Source of the DNA: Octopus vulgaris
Taxonomy: Eukaryota
Direction: 5' to 3'
Assembly (NCBI GenBank): GCA_951406725.2
Contig: OX597819.1
Span: forward strand, 117,490,001-117,554,000
Length of the DNA: 64,000 nucleotides
Each line of letters opens with the position of its first letter. Position 1 is the stretch's first letter. Shown in pieces: positions 29,096-43,169 of the stretch. A program made the position numbers and the translations under genes. The notes under the pieces were generated by a model, which was given only the letters and a program-made list of their open reading frames with translations, was not told where the DNA came from and searched no databases.

Positions 29096-29950
29096 GTATT
29101 TATTTCTTTATTGCCCACAGAGGTCTAAACATAGAGGAGACAAACAAGGACAGACAAAGGGATTAGGCCGATTACGTCGACCCCAGTGAGTAGCTGGTAT
29201 TTGTTTAATCTACTCCGAAATGACAAAAGGCAAAGTCGACCTCTGCGGAATTTGAACTGAGAACGTAACAGCAGAAAAAATACTACTAAACATTTCGCCC
29301 GGGGTGGTAATAATTCTTATTTCTTTACTACCCACAAGGGGCTAAACGCAAAGAGGACAAACAAGGACAGGCACACGGATTAAGTCGATTATATCGACCC
29401 CAGTGCGTAACTGATACTTATTTAATCGACCCCGAAAGGATGAAAGGCAAAGTCGACCTCAGCGGAATTTGAACTGAGAACGTAAAGGCAGACGAAATAA
29501 CCATTTATTTACTACCCACAAGGGGCTAAACACAGAGGTGACGAACAAGGGCAGACAAACGGATTAAGTCGATTATATCGACCACAGTACGTAACTGGTA
29601 CTTATCTAATCAACCCCGAAAGGATGAAAGGCAATGTCTACCTCGGCGCAATTTGAACTCAGAACATAGCGGCAGACGAAATACCGCTAAACATTTCGCA
29701 CGGCGTGGTAACGATACTTATTTCTCTATTGCCTACAAGGGGTGAAACATAGAGGGGACAAACAAAGAGAAACAAAGGGATTAAGTCGATCACATCGACC
29801 CCAGTGCGTAACTGGTATTTATTTAATCGACCCCAAATGATGAAAGGCAAAGTTGACCTCGGCGGAATTTGAACTCAGAACGTAGCGGCAGACGAAATAC
29901 CTCAAGCATTTCACCCGTCGTGGTAACGATTCTGCCAGCTCACTGCCTCA
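29096..29950 (-). mobile_element. Meta-domain SINE (family B) tetramer with a single TSD
   Basis: Four units; CTGATCAATATT at 29084-29095 and 29951-29962 brackets the whole array. Confidence 0.9.
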
Positions 29951-30462
29951 CTGATCAATATTTCATTGTATTTAGTAGCAACAAGCAAAAATACAGTAAA
30001 ATAACAATACTTGGTACTATGCGCATACTAACTTTGTACTATGAGTGGAAATTCAGCCCAACTATGGACTTGCTTACAGCTGTATGTGGACTATTGTCGC
30101 ATCACTTTTAAGGTGTATGATTACCACAAGGAATATTATTATGATGTGTTTTAAACGCTTACACAACAGATAAATCGGATATATTGTGATATATTTCATG
30201 AGGCATGTCCTCTAAGAAACATGATAGTTAAGTAGTGTCTGTGTATTTTAAATAACCACTTTGCTCACTTGACATTTATAGCTATAGTGTTGACATCGGT
30301 AATAGTAAAAATTTGTAGAGGAGCCTTTTACGGGAGGTATGCCTGAGAACGTTTTATATGGTCTGAGAGTAAATCTTTTAGAATTGACAGAGCAAAGAAG
30401 AAACAGGTGTAATATGTGGGCCGTAGTAGATGCAGCGTAAAAAAAAAATAAATAAAAAGGAA

Positions 30463-30935
30463 GCCGGCGAGTTGGCAGAAACGTTAGCACACCGGGCTAA
30501 ATGCTTAGCGGTAATTCGTCTGCGTTACGTTCTGAGTTCAAATTCCACCGAGGTCGACTTTGCCTTTCATTCTTTCGGGGTCGATTAAATAAGTAGCACT
30601 TACGCACTGGGTCACTATACTCGACTTAATCCATTTGTCTCTCCTTGTTTGACCTCTCTGTGTTTAGCCCCTTGTGGGTAGTAAAGAAATAGGTATTTCG
30701 TCTGTATTTACGAGGGCGGCAAGCTGGCAGAAACGTTAGCACGCCGGGCGAAATGCTTAGCGGTATTTCGTCTGCGTTACGTTGTGTGTTCAAATTCTTC
30801 CGAGCTCGACTTTGCCTTTCATCCTTTCGGGGTCGATTAAATAAGTACCATTTACGCATGTAATCGACTTAATCGCTTTGTCTGTCCTTGTTTGATCCCT
30901 CTCTGTTTCGACTCTTGTGGGCAATAAAGAAATAA
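30463..30935 (+). mobile_element. Meta-domain SINE (family B), two adjacent or nested copies
   Basis: Heads at 30464 and 30715; both have the Meta core and tail. Confidence 0.88.
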
Positions 30936-31196
30936 GTTGCAGTGTATCATTAGTAGCTTACATTAGAAATAGCTGTTGATCTTTAATAAAATGGAAGTGA
31001 GAAAATGTGAGTTAGTGTGGCAAAACCGCTAGAAAAAATAAATATGTCTGTACCAGAATAATAGCGCCAGTAGCTCGACTATTTGCTACCGATTCTCTGA
31101 GAGACACCTGTTCATGTTTTTGATTTAGTATTAACAATTAATTTAAACACCATTCTGTCAAATATCACAAACCATTAGAAAACCTTTCCAAAGTTG

Positions 31197-31265
<69 letters not shown>

Positions 31266-31329
31266 GAAAGTTTGTGTCACCAGCCCCCTTCCACCCGCGT
31301 GTAGCCAAGACAAAATGCTGTGGTCATTT

Positions 31330-31873
31330 ACTGGGATAAAATATGGTTATCAGTAATAATAAAAGGGTGAAATTAATTAATTAGGGATAATTATCAATTA
31401 CACCAAGTAGATTTCGGTATGTAAAAGCCCCATTCGAGGAAAATTTAAGTAATACTAAGTAATTAAGGGTTTAGCAACGAATTGCCTCACCAACACACCG
31501 AATTTAGAAATAGCAGTCAAAGAGATATAGCTATTCCTTCTACTAAAAGGGGGATCTCAGTAAAAACACAGCACTTAAAAGGCAAACACAGACAGGTAAG
31601 AAAGAAAGAATGAAATGACGGCAATCCATCATGCAATTTTAAGTTACCTACGGACGTACGTTTCGAGATCAAGTTTTAGGATATCATAAGAATTAGAAAA
31701 TTCTACTTTACCCAGACTTCTTCTCTCATCGGCGCAGGATACTACAATTGTGAATAATTGTATATTAAATTTTGAGATACTAGAATGCGTCATCTCAACT
31801 CAGTGTCTTTGACTGCTATTTCTAAATTCGGTGTGTTGGTGAGGCAATTCGTTGCTAAACCCTTAATTACTTA

Positions 31874-31876
<3 letters not shown>
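31330..31876. mobile_element. Penelope-like terminus with inverted copy and hammerhead
   Basis: Inverted arms of ~70 bp at 31453-31523 and 31806-31876 with no visible mismatch; ends in (TA)n. Confidence 0.7.
31647..31738 (-). ncRNA. Type I hammerhead ribozyme (CCGAUGA core variant, long stem-loop II)
   Basis: Minus strand: CCTGCG-CCGATGA-GAGA...TCTC-GAAA-CGTAC-GTC-CGTAGG; palindromic stem III ACGTACGT; GUC triplet. Confidence 0.75.
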
Positions 31877-31919
<43 letters not shown>

Positions 31920-33899
31920 ACGAAATTTACCACTAAATTTCAAATACCAAATTTATATATACACAGAAATATCATTGCAGTGGTTTAACGATTATCGCGT
32001 ATACATTTGATTTATAGGTAACGAATGTATTATCACGTATGAATGATATCAGATGTGAAGAACTCTTACATATATTACGATTCAGATTAATGAGTTTACA
32101 AGATTACATTAGATTTAATAGATACTAATTTCATTCTAATTCGAATCAACATTTCTGTTTTAAACCATAGATTCCAGTGTATAACATTCATCCGATTGAT
32201 TCAGTCACAATACCCCATCTTTTAAAGAAGCAATGCATATCATGTCATTTCATAGGGTTTCCAGTTGATTAATTGAATGTAAATCAAACGAAGCTGCGAT
32301 GATACAAGAGCACTTAATTAAAAGTGGTATTTGATTTAAATTAAGAACACCTACAATATCGAATAGAAACGGAAACATGCGCCTGATCTAATACTCCCGA
32401 TGAGAGATTTGAAGGATATTCACAGTGAAACAATATTACGGATAGTGTAAAACGATTCTGCCAAACATGGGGATAACAGCAGTGGTATTTAATAACTGAG
32501 ATGCACTACTTTTACTTCGAATCTGATTTAAGGCAATATGTATATGTAATAAGTTACCACATCAAAAGTCAGATATATTATGAATAAAGTTAGAAATTTT
32601 TTCGCTGATAAAAAATCTGTGGATTCATTTCAACGGTAAATTTGAGGAATCGAATGAATTTGAACCGATCGCATCGATATAACTTTCGCTATTAATAACA
32701 GGTTAAATGTTATGTCTACGATCATTTGATTTATAAAATTCAAATTTTTTATTCTTTCAAACCATATCTGAAAACTAAAAATGTGCAAGAGCAAATAAAT
32801 GTCATAACTATATAAAATCATTAAAAAATCTTATATAAAATTCATATATCCTGAATCTATTTAGAGCTGTATTCTTATTTCCTTTCGATTATTTTTTGTT
32901 TGCAAAAGTTTAGTTAAATTGAAATAAATCGACACGAGACGCCTCCAGACACAATTTAGATACTGTAGTTGAATTATATTTTGATGAATATACTCTAAAG
33001 ATATGAATGCCCTTCTTGGAGCAAATTTATAATTCTTCATCGGAAGTCACGAATAAAGAATAGCGATATATGAATTACTTGTTTTACATTTTCTTCTAAA
33101 ATGTTTTTAAATGCAAAGATTATTTTACACATGACATCTCGTAATAAATTATTCTCAATTTTAGATTATATATTAATTGAGCGCTGTAGAGCTTGAGGTA
33201 ATCTGTTGACAAGCCGAGAAGAGGCGCTTTCAATCTCTTGCTAAATCGATTTCGCCAACACCCTTAGTGCTAGAGATATTTTAAAATAAATCAATACCAA
33301 ACTATATCAATTCTCAACCCTTCGATTCTAGACTCAGTACATAGACAATAGTAGTATTGGTGTCGGTGTGAATGCAGGTAGTTTACCTTGAGGCATTTTG
33401 CTATGTTCATTTAAATTACAAGAACATATCCCTATTGGCTTTGAAACTATGTTAGACATAAATACTTCACCCAAAATACTTTGAAAGTCTGTCGAGGGAA
33501 TAGGGATTAAAAAGCACTTCAATAGCTATTTATAGGATATGAGGAATAGGAGGCTTCAGATACCGAGGAAGAGAGTCTAACACACACATATACATACACA
33601 CACATATACATACACACACACGCCGCCCATTAGTAATAATACTAATGCTATTACGACCTATTGCAGCGATTTCGCTGTTGGTACTGCTGTTACAGCACAC
33701 ACTCCGCTCAATATGAACTACTATATTTACGCTTAAAGACACATGTAGTGATCTTGTTGCAGCAATATCTTTACACTACTACTAATGCTGTTATTACTGC
33801 TACAACTATTAACACTATTTATAACAGAAGAATTCAGTCAAATCAATATTATAGTGTCTAATGTTAGAACCTAATGAAGAGGACAAACAGAAATTGATA

Positions 33900-36300
33900 T
33901 CTTATATCACGTAATAATTTCATTACAACAAAGCTGGAAGCGGAAATTTACATAATTAAGATTGATCCGTGTGAGAAAAAAAATCGTGGCAAATAGTGCT
34001 TATTTTATGGAGTAATTTATGTTCGATATGCATATTATTTAAATAAACTGTCTGAAAATGTAAATTTCCGCCAGAAGAAAAAATAAAGCTGGAGTAATTG
34101 TCAAAATAATATGGAATCTGTATAGTGTCGAAGTGATTTGGGATATATCCAATTTTTGCGAACCCGCTGGAAAATAGTATGTTCGTTCGATTACCTCTGT
34201 CTGCAAATTTAATCAAAATATGTTTAATTAGTATCTAAGAAAACAGTACTCAAATTTAGATTGTTGTCGCTGCTGAAGCCAAGGTAATATTGGTAACAAG
34301 ACAAGAATTAACAGCAACTTGGTTGACAATTCCCGATCTTGTCGACTCATCTGAGCAATATGAATTGGCGCAGTAGGTTTTCTTTACATCTCTTTATTGG
34401 AAAAAGATTTCAATGATTTTAAGTCTTGTATTTATGTAGATTCGATTCTTTGTTGACAACTTGCAAAATATTTAAGTTGATGGAAATATCTTGTAATACT
34501 TTCCTACGAATAATGTAACCACCACACATTGGCTGGACCAGGAACACACAGAAGTAGCATTCAAAGCGATCACGCATTGTCGAGGAAAATACATGATAAT
34601 CATGATAAAAACATATTATGTCGACGATGGTTTGAGGCTACACAACATAAAATTAATATCGTTCTTTCAGAACATTCAATGTGATTGAATGATTTTGATA
34701 GAATTTCATTGTATGATTTGTACGAGAAAGAACAAACTTTTACTGGATTTAGTTCAGTGGAATAATGCTTCATATATTAATTACCTAACTATTCGTAAAG
34801 AAACAGAGCAATAGTTAGAATTATTTGCTTGTCTTAACAAAGCAATTTATAATAACTTCTCCAGGCTGTTATTTTCCTTAAATACTGTTTCAAAATGAAT
34901 TCGCTTCATGCTGGTTTCATAATATTTTGATCGCGATTTACAAGATCTAATTGTTTATCTAATTGACAAAGTGCCCCTACTATGTTTTGCTCAGTAAAGT
35001 GTGAGATGTACTTCTTGATTGTGATTCTTTATTTGGTATACTTTATTGTTAGATAGATATAATAGACGTATGTTGGTAAATAATATCAGGCACCATTTGG
35101 TGTGTAGCATGTGTATATATTTGAACTAAAGATGAAGAATCGTCAGACAAGATATAGTAGATCTTTTCGATTATGAAAACTTCCTCAACTTTCAGATAAT
35201 ATTTCTATAATGTTAAGTGTATTGCAAAAGTACTCCATCATACCTATCCGGCGCTACCTCATATTCTCTCTTGATGATAAAAAAGGGTATCGTTAAAACA
35301 ATTATGTTTCTTAGATAAGTCATGACGCTAACAGGAACTTGTACACGTATTTTTGCGTACAAAGACAGTTCTCAGCATTTTCGTAAGTTCCATAGGCATA
35401 AAACGACACCTTCTATAGGTTTAGAATTTCAAGGAGGTTATTGGCGTATAAATTTATCGTTAATTTAATCACTTACTTGATCTTGTAGTACTATAAATAA
35501 ATCAAACATTCGTTGATGTATTTTAATGTTTAGCTTAGAAATTACTTAAATACGGTGAAATAATACAATTAAGAGTAATTATTACTGGCATTTTTAGCAC
35601 AAGCTACTGAACTCAAACATCTCTGTAGGCTCCGAGAAAATGCTTTAGTGAGTAACATGTACGTTTGAAACTATGTTTAAAACCATTTTAGTAAATATAT
35701 CCCTTTTATATTATATGTGAAATATTATATGACATCCGACAACATTTAGCACGAAGATGAAATGACAGTGGTTTGTTTTAACCGCATAAAATTAAATATG
35801 ATTTAAAAGCTATCGGGTATAAGATGTAGGATTTAAACTATAGGATATAACAGAAATCTGCTGATGTGATGCATTTATATCAATAATTTAAGACATGGTG
35901 ATATACTGAATGAGGTAATCAAAACGATTTCTAAACATGGGAAATTTGTTTCTCACTTACATAGAAAAACCCCAAAATTATATTGGAAATATTTAAAGAT
36001 ACTTGAAAAAATATATTTTCATATATACATTTATCTTAACATAATATTTTGAGCCTGATTAAGTTACAGGATTATCGAAGGGAAGTATGTTACGCCATTC
36101 AAAGAACACTATTTGTAATTATGTTACACCAACTAAGAATGGCTCGGAAGATACTTGACTCTCTGAAACTCCGACATAAATGCCACTACGCTGTATAATT
36201 CTAGAACAGCTCAAGCAATTTGCTATCATTGCTCTTCCTTATTCAAGCTAGTTGCATTCCGAACGAAGCTTTTCAGAAGCTGTGACTACATTTGTGAAAA
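33900..36300 (+). pseudogene. Decayed Toll-like receptor remnant
   Basis: LRR-like NNTI/RVIITGIF/AQATELKHL (~35560); TIR box 1-like CDAFIS at 35865-35882; EVCYAIQRTLFVIML. Confidence 0.5.
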
Positions 36301-37565
36301 ACTTGAAAATTGTAATGATGCATTATTTACATGAAGTAAAGTTGACAAAATTATTAGCATATCGGGCAAAATCCTTAGCGTTAATTTGTCAATCTTCAAC
36401 TTCTGAGATTAAATTCCGCCGAGGTTGACTTTGGGTCTCATCATTTCGGACTCGATAAAATAAGTACCAACTGAGCACTGGTGTCGATGTAACCGCATTA
36501 CCACTCTCTGGACCTGCTGACCTTGTGCCAACATTTTAAAGGATTATTTACTAGAAGTTACAAGGATATAATTATCAAGAGGAACAGAATAAAATAAAGA
36601 CTATTTCTCGAATATGTGAATGTTATAGTTTTGATAGTACTACTGACACTTTTATCGAATAAAAGTCCTGTAGAAATACAAATATTTCTAAATATATTAT
36701 TCAAATGACGGCGATTGTTCAGTGCAAGGATGCATTTAATTTCAGCAGAAATGTACGAAAATGAATATCTGGAACAAGCGTAGAGAGCAAGCAACAATGT
36801 TTTATTTAAGATTTACGGACTCACGAGAAGGAATTAAAAATTATTTGCCTATCGAAAGCCAATTTCACACCCACGACATATATCTCCAAAATATGCTTTC
36901 AAGGAATTTTCTTTTAGAATTTTAATAGCACGATCATTTTTTTAATGAATTTAATTTTACAGGATGCTAAATTCTGGAATCGGAAAAGTAAATTGTCGTA
37001 CTTATCACCAATATCACGACGTGACAATGAAACTATTTTAAGCCAGTGAAGCAATATGCGTTAATGTAATAAAGGAAAAAGGAAATAAAAATATGGAAGC
37101 ATATGAAAATCGTCATGAAAGAATATTTACATATCTGCAATGGATATGTATCAGAAACCATACAGTCTGTGCCCAAAGCCATAAGGAATAATGTAAAAAC
37201 AAAAACAGGGATCACGTGTTTCATATTACTGAAAATAGGAAGTTCCTAAAGTGCTTCAGTTTCACCACATGTTATCATGCTTATCGACTTGCCATACAAG
37301 AAATATTTCAAAGTTTTTGTCGCGAGTATATTTTGTTATTTATTAGAATTACACGAGAGTTAGTGATTCTTATAATACGAGGAAACCCACTAATTCAACA
37401 AGCTTAAGGGAAGTAGAGAGCACTGCATAACTAATGATGTGAAAACAAGTTTAAAATAAAACTCCATAGGCTAAAATCAGTAATATACAGTTACAAGCAC
37501 ATACGCATATACATATACTTATAAACGCGTATATATCCATACACGCATGCATAATGCAAACATAC

Positions 37566-37655
<90 letters not shown>

Positions 37656-37737
37656 TCATGTATAAATATGTATATCCAGATGCACAAACACATGCGTACA
37701 TGTATAGGTATGTATACACGCACGCACACAAAAATAC

Positions 37738-37792
<55 letters not shown>

Positions 37793-37875
37793 TCTCACAC
37801 AGATACTCAAACACTTGTACTTATGATATTTGAACGTAAATTTTATTTTATAATTCTTTACGACTGTGTGTAGAT

Positions 37876-38768
37876 ATGCTGGGTGCAGTCAGTAAACTCT
37901 CGTCTGAATTACGTAACAAGGAAAATAAAACTGACATCTCATTTTAACAGATATATTTAGCAAATTACATGAAAAATACGTTGAAAAACAATAGAGTACA
38001 TTTATACAATAAAATCGCTATAGGCTTCAACGACGGTTTTCCAACAATTGCGGAATCTTCTGCAACTCTGTGGACGGTCTCCTTGTTTATGTTGACGAAT
38101 GAAGCCATAATCCTTGCCTTCGGTTTTTCTTTGGTGTTAAAAGGAGTTTTGTTGGTCTCTTGCTCAACTACACCCCACACATACTAATGAAGGCGGGGGG
38201 GTTAGAGTATCAGGAGTGTTTGGCCAGATATGAAGATGATGTGGTTACAGAAATCGTTTCGGCAGCCATGACTAGGTTCCTCTACTTGTGTGGCATGGTG
38301 CAGAGTCCTATTGCCAGACGTATGTTCTTGCAACAGCTAACTTCTTAACACACAGCAGTGTGACATCCTCCATGTATTTGATGCAAGTCTGTGTGTTGAG
38401 TCTGAGGCCATATGGAAAAAGAAATCGAGACGTAACATCGCCATCACTACTAATCACACCAAGCACAAGGATGTTTACTGGTTGTTTGATTTTTATCACT
38501 CTCAGCAAATGTCCTCAGACTGCACTGTCTTCACATTGATACTCAACCATTGAATTATTAGCATTGGAGCTTCCGGTGCAAATGCCAAGCAGAAAAGCAT
38601 GTCATTTCTAAATATCTGACCGAATGAATTGCATCATGGTACTGCTGTTTCTCTCGTGATTCTATTATACTGTGTAGTCGACAAAATCAAAAACAAACAA
38701 TGTGTATGCACGAAATAAAAGAAAATTAAAATGGCGGTAATCGTCACATCGCAAACTGTGTGTCCCCT
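37876..38768 (-). mobile_element. Defective maT/DD37D-type Tc1-mariner transposon
   Basis: VLGVISSDGDV..YVWQ*DSAPCH..VWGVVEQETNKTPFNT motifs in minus ORFs 38308-38508 and 37965-38180. Confidence 0.8.
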
Positions 38769-39297
38769 ATTATTAACAATGGCAGAGGTGTGTAATTTTT
38801 ACATGCACTGAAGTCAGTAACTATTAACTAAATTGGTAAGTTGATATGTGTTTTGGCTAAGGCGGCGACCTGGCAGCAAATGCATAGCGGCATTTCGCCT
38901 GTTTATATGTTTGGAGCTCATATTCCGCTGCGGTAGATTTTGCATTTCATACTTTCGGTTTCGGTGAATTAAGTACCAGTTATATACTGGGGGTAAATCT
39001 AATCAACTACCCCGTTCCCCCAAAATTTCGTGTTTTGTGCCGAGAGTAGAACAGAACATGGTATTGGCTGAGTAATTTTTCACTTACGTGCCTGTGTACT
39101 CACGCATGTACTAAAGCATGTGCGAGTCTATTCCTTCACTTATTTATGCGATTGTGTTTTTCTATAGATTTCGTATGTTTCGAGAAGGTGTGATTTAACT
39201 TGACGAAGAATAATTTCTTTATATCAAATAGATTTTTTACCAGAAGTCACATGATTTTCACATTACTTTTCATTTTCATGAAGCAAATCTCACAGGC

Positions 39298-39416
39298 TTC
39301 TTCTTCTTCTTCTTCTTCTTCTTCTTCTTCTTCTTCTTCTTCTTCTTCTTCTTCTTCTTCTTCTTCTTCTTCTTCTTCTTCTTCTTCTTCTTCTTCTTCT
39401 TCTTCTTTTTCTTCTT
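39298..39416. repeat. (TTC)n microsatellite
   Basis: Direct inspection. Confidence 0.95.
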
Positions 39417-39525
39417 AACTTAACCAGACTACTGACTCTACATTCACACATACATTGGCATACACACACGCTCACACACACGCATATATATACACATACG
39501 TATATACTCAGATACAGAGATACAC

Positions 39526-39600
<75 letters not shown>

Positions 39601-39954
39601 TGTATGTGATTGTGTGTGATCATATTTCCACCCATACTTAACGTACTTAACTATTGCTTGCATTAATCACTCATAATTTAGATTTATTTTTTCCTGAATA
39701 AAATACAATTTTGAAAATAATTGAAGAGACTAATTGATAGTTAATGAGCATTATCTTTCATGTAATTGACAACATCGCCAATGAACAACGCAGCAGAATA
39801 TTTGCAAATATTTTATTTTTTAGTTCGCCAGGATACGTGCTACAATTATTTGACTCGTGCATTAATATAATTATGAATACAAAATGAATAAATAAATAAA
39901 AAGACAACTAAATATATAAAGTAAAATATTGAGAGTATTCTACGATGTCACTCA

Positions 39955-40197
39955 TTAACTCGTCCGTTGCCATATTTCTCCTGAAATACGTTACCTTTGT
40001 GTGAAATGATTGAAAAAATAATGAACAATTTAGCAAAATTACATTACCATTAGTAAGCCGTGTTTGGAACATAAATTAACGTTTCATGTTATTTCATGTT
40101 CCAACGATAACATTGAATTTCAATTACTTTGATAAACTGGAAGTATTTATTATAGAACCAGGGACGGTTTCAAGCAGGCTGGTATCCAACGGATTAA
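39955..40197. mobile_element. Possible TTAA-flanked (piggyBac-like) MITE relic
   Basis: TTAA at both ends with decayed inverted termini CTCGTCCGTTGCC / GGTATCCAACGGA. Confidence 0.35.
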
Positions 40198-40837
40198 TTG
40201 CAAAAAAGAAACCATAAAAAATGACGACCACATTGTTATTAAATGAATGATGTAATAGCAGTATTGGAATTGGAAATCGAATGTAGTATCGTATATGTTA
40301 ATGCAGTAACGTTGTCGTAAAATAGAACAGAAGACTCTGAAAGTACTGAATATTAGTTAAGCCATATAGTGCAGTCAGAGAAACCCCTTCGGTTTCACGA
40401 TATCTCACCTCCGGTAAAGACATTAAAGATCCATTGTGGATTTCTCTCTCTCGTTGCGAGCGATTAGGATTCAACGAAATAACAAAAGGCGGTTTTGTAC
40501 AAAAGGATTGGCTTCAACAAGCAGATAGTATTCCATTCATTCACAGTGTTGATAGTGTGTTGAGGGAGAATGTGGTTATATATTATGTAACAGTAGTTAT
40601 GTGAGAACAAATATAGCACGGAGAAATAATTGAGGTATGAAGTACGTAAATATATTTCAGTGTATGTTTTACTTGATTTGTATTATTTGTACCTGATGCT
40701 CTGACAATACGGACTGAAATTGCACAAATTTACTTATATTCTTACTATGCAAAATTTCCTTTAGACTAACAATATGTTTGTGTATGTATGTATGTTTGTG
40801 GACGCATACATAAATACATACATACATGCATATACAT

Positions 40838-40917
<80 letters not shown>

Positions 40918-41327
40918 TCATTTACATAGTAGATTGTAATGAACATTTTTAAAGGAAGGGGCATGGAAAGGAATGTCGTATTGGTAAAACCATGTATATA
41001 TTTTTTAACATATAAATTATTTACATATTCGATCAGTTGTTCATATGATATTCATGACTAAAGAGTTAGTGATAATTTTGTAAAATCATACTCTCTTATA
41101 AATTTTCAATTCCATGCTAGCTGGAGACTACATGTTTTGGAGATGTTTGGAAGGGAAATCAATTTTATCGGAGGTAATCAGCATTGGTTGCTATTAGAAG
41201 CAGCAGATGTAATTACCCCACCCATTTTGGGGGAAAGTAAAGTAATTATGTGTAGAATCGGAAGGCATATTCATAAACTAAAATATTTTCATAATAAAAA
41301 AAAATATTTGATGTTCCTACATATGTA

Positions 41328-41728
41328 GGTGTAGGAGTGGCTGTGTGGTAAGTAGCTTGCTTACCAACCACATGGTCCCGTGTTCAGTCCCACTGCATGG
41401 CACCTTCAGCAAGTGTCTTCTACTACAGCCTCGGGCCGACCAAAGCCTTGTGAGTGGATTTGGTAGACGGAAACTGAAAGAAACCAGTCGTATATATGTA
41501 TATAAATATATATGCGTGCGTGTGTTTGTGTGTCTGTGTTTGTCCCCCTACCATTGCTTGACAACCGATGCTGGTGTGTTTATGTCCTCGTTACTTAGCG
41601 GTTCGGCAAAAGAGACCAATATAATAAGAACTAGGCTTACAAAAGTATAAGTCCCGGGGTCGAGTTGCTCGATGAAAGGCGGTGCTCCAGCATGGCTGCA
41701 GTCAAATGACTGAAACAAGTAAAAGAAA
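41328..41728 (+). mobile_element. tRNA-derived SINE, family A (full length)
   Basis: Matches 10523-10930 end to end. Confidence 0.9.
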
Positions 41729-41897
41729 ATAGTTAACGAAATTGGTCCTTTGTGATCAAAGTGTACTGGATTTCAGATAAGTGCTATTGTTATAAGCTAT
41801 GCCTAAAGCCTTAAAAGGTATTTAAGGAATCAATTAAAGCGATTATATATTAGAGAGTAAACGTAAGATAAGTTATATCTTTAACATCACAGAAGAG

Positions 41898-42470
41898 ATA
41901 AGTCCATAATATAAGCAATATTGTATTAATAGGTAAATAGACAAAGTACAGCTATGATCATTAAAAAAAAAGAAGTTTTGAACGATTTTATGATCGTTTC
42001 ATGAAATACTACCTCTCAAAATGAAATGTAAAGTTGATAACCATTACTGGAAAATATATCCACAGAAAAGGATGAATTTCAGCATAGTACATCGAATGTT
42101 AGAAATGCTATTTAAAATCAGATGGGAAAGGTGTTGTTTAAAAAGTTATTGGTATAAATCAGTGTTGGGATAAATTTGAGCTAAAAAATGTGTACCAATT
42201 ACTGTTTTAAACGTAAATTTATCTTTTAAACAACACCTTTTCTCATCCGGTTTTAAATAGCATTTCCATCATTCGATTTATTACACTGAAATTAATCCTT
42301 TTCTCTGACGAATGGTATACTCCCCAATAATGTTTATCAAATTTACATTTCATTTTGAGATGTAGTATTATCGTGAAACAATTGTAAGAACTTTCAAAAT
42401 TTAATATAAAAAATTATTACTTGTACTTTATTTTTTCCTTGAAACAATATCGCTTATATTATGGACTTAT
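41898..42470. repeat. Old long inverted repeat (fold-back/MITE-like)
   Basis: Diverged arms of ~245 bp: ATAAGTCCATAATATAAGC...AAAGGTGTTGTTTAAAA versus TTTTAAACAACACCTTT...GCTTATATTATGGACTTAT. Confidence 0.8.
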
Positions 42471-42599
42471 ACCTACGGTTCTATATTCCTAGTAAGACGA
42501 AGTTGATATTATTCCATAAATATTATCTATTTAACTGTTCCCAGCACATTTCTCTAAGTATTCACTTACTACTATATGTCTTATTTTTGGTAAGTATTT

Positions 42600-43150
42600 G
42601 TTATGACGTAGATTATATGCATGGATGTTAAAACACGTCTCAAAACAGGAAAACAAGAAATAATCCTACTCAGTAACAAAACAGGCAAACATATATATTA
42701 GTGATTTCATAATACAACAAATTCCAGAATTAGACTTAATAGAAATAAGCCCAGGAAAAACTAAGCATAAGAAAACCCTTGCTAAACATGCTGCCTTAGA
42801 TATTCTTACTGATAAAGGACATGAAAAACCTAACAATGGCAAATACCCGAGCGATCTAATAGTACCGTTGTTGACAAAGCCCTTACCCATTAATGGTTAG
42901 TGGCTCCTGGCTTAAAATCAGAAGCAGAAGGGTTTATCATAGCAGCCCAAGATCAATGCCTACCTACAAGAATCTACCTGGCCAACATATTAAAGGACAG
43001 CAGCCCTCCAACATGTCTTGTACGTGAATAACAAAATCAAACCATTAACCATACAGTCTCCATGTGCAGACATCTTACGCCTACAGAGTATCTCAACAGG
43101 CACGATATAGCAATATAATATTTTCACTGGGTAATTTACAAAAACCTGGT
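42600..43150 (+). mobile_element. R4/Dong-clade LINE fragment
   Basis: LKSEAEGFIIAAQDQCLPTR..TINHTVSMC..EYLNRHD motifs. Confidence 0.8.
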
Positions 43151-43169
43151 GGAGACTATATAAAAGAAA

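Larger units (their letters stand above)
27350..32700 (+). pseudogene. Decayed Toll-like receptor remnant
   Basis: ICKDIIKIPVGLP (27619-27657), LYPNANDISNILPNAVFPSNLLSLLLS, KYLKYINIT, TM-like FIAIVLTSVIVKIC (~30275), TIR-like ERFEGYSQ*NNITDSVKR (~32400); may comprise more than one gene. Confidence 0.55.
36560..41300 (+). pseudogene. Decayed Toll-like receptor remnant
   Basis: ISPKYAFKEF and HERIFTYL (LRR-like); RNPFGF (~40380); TIR-like LEGKSILSEVISI at 41147-41185, then AIRSSR after a frameshift. Confidence 0.4.

Noticed and set aside
39200-39559. Poly-S and poly-R ORFs (also at 43.8-44.1 and 53.2-53.5 kb)
   Set aside because: Trinucleotide microsatellites
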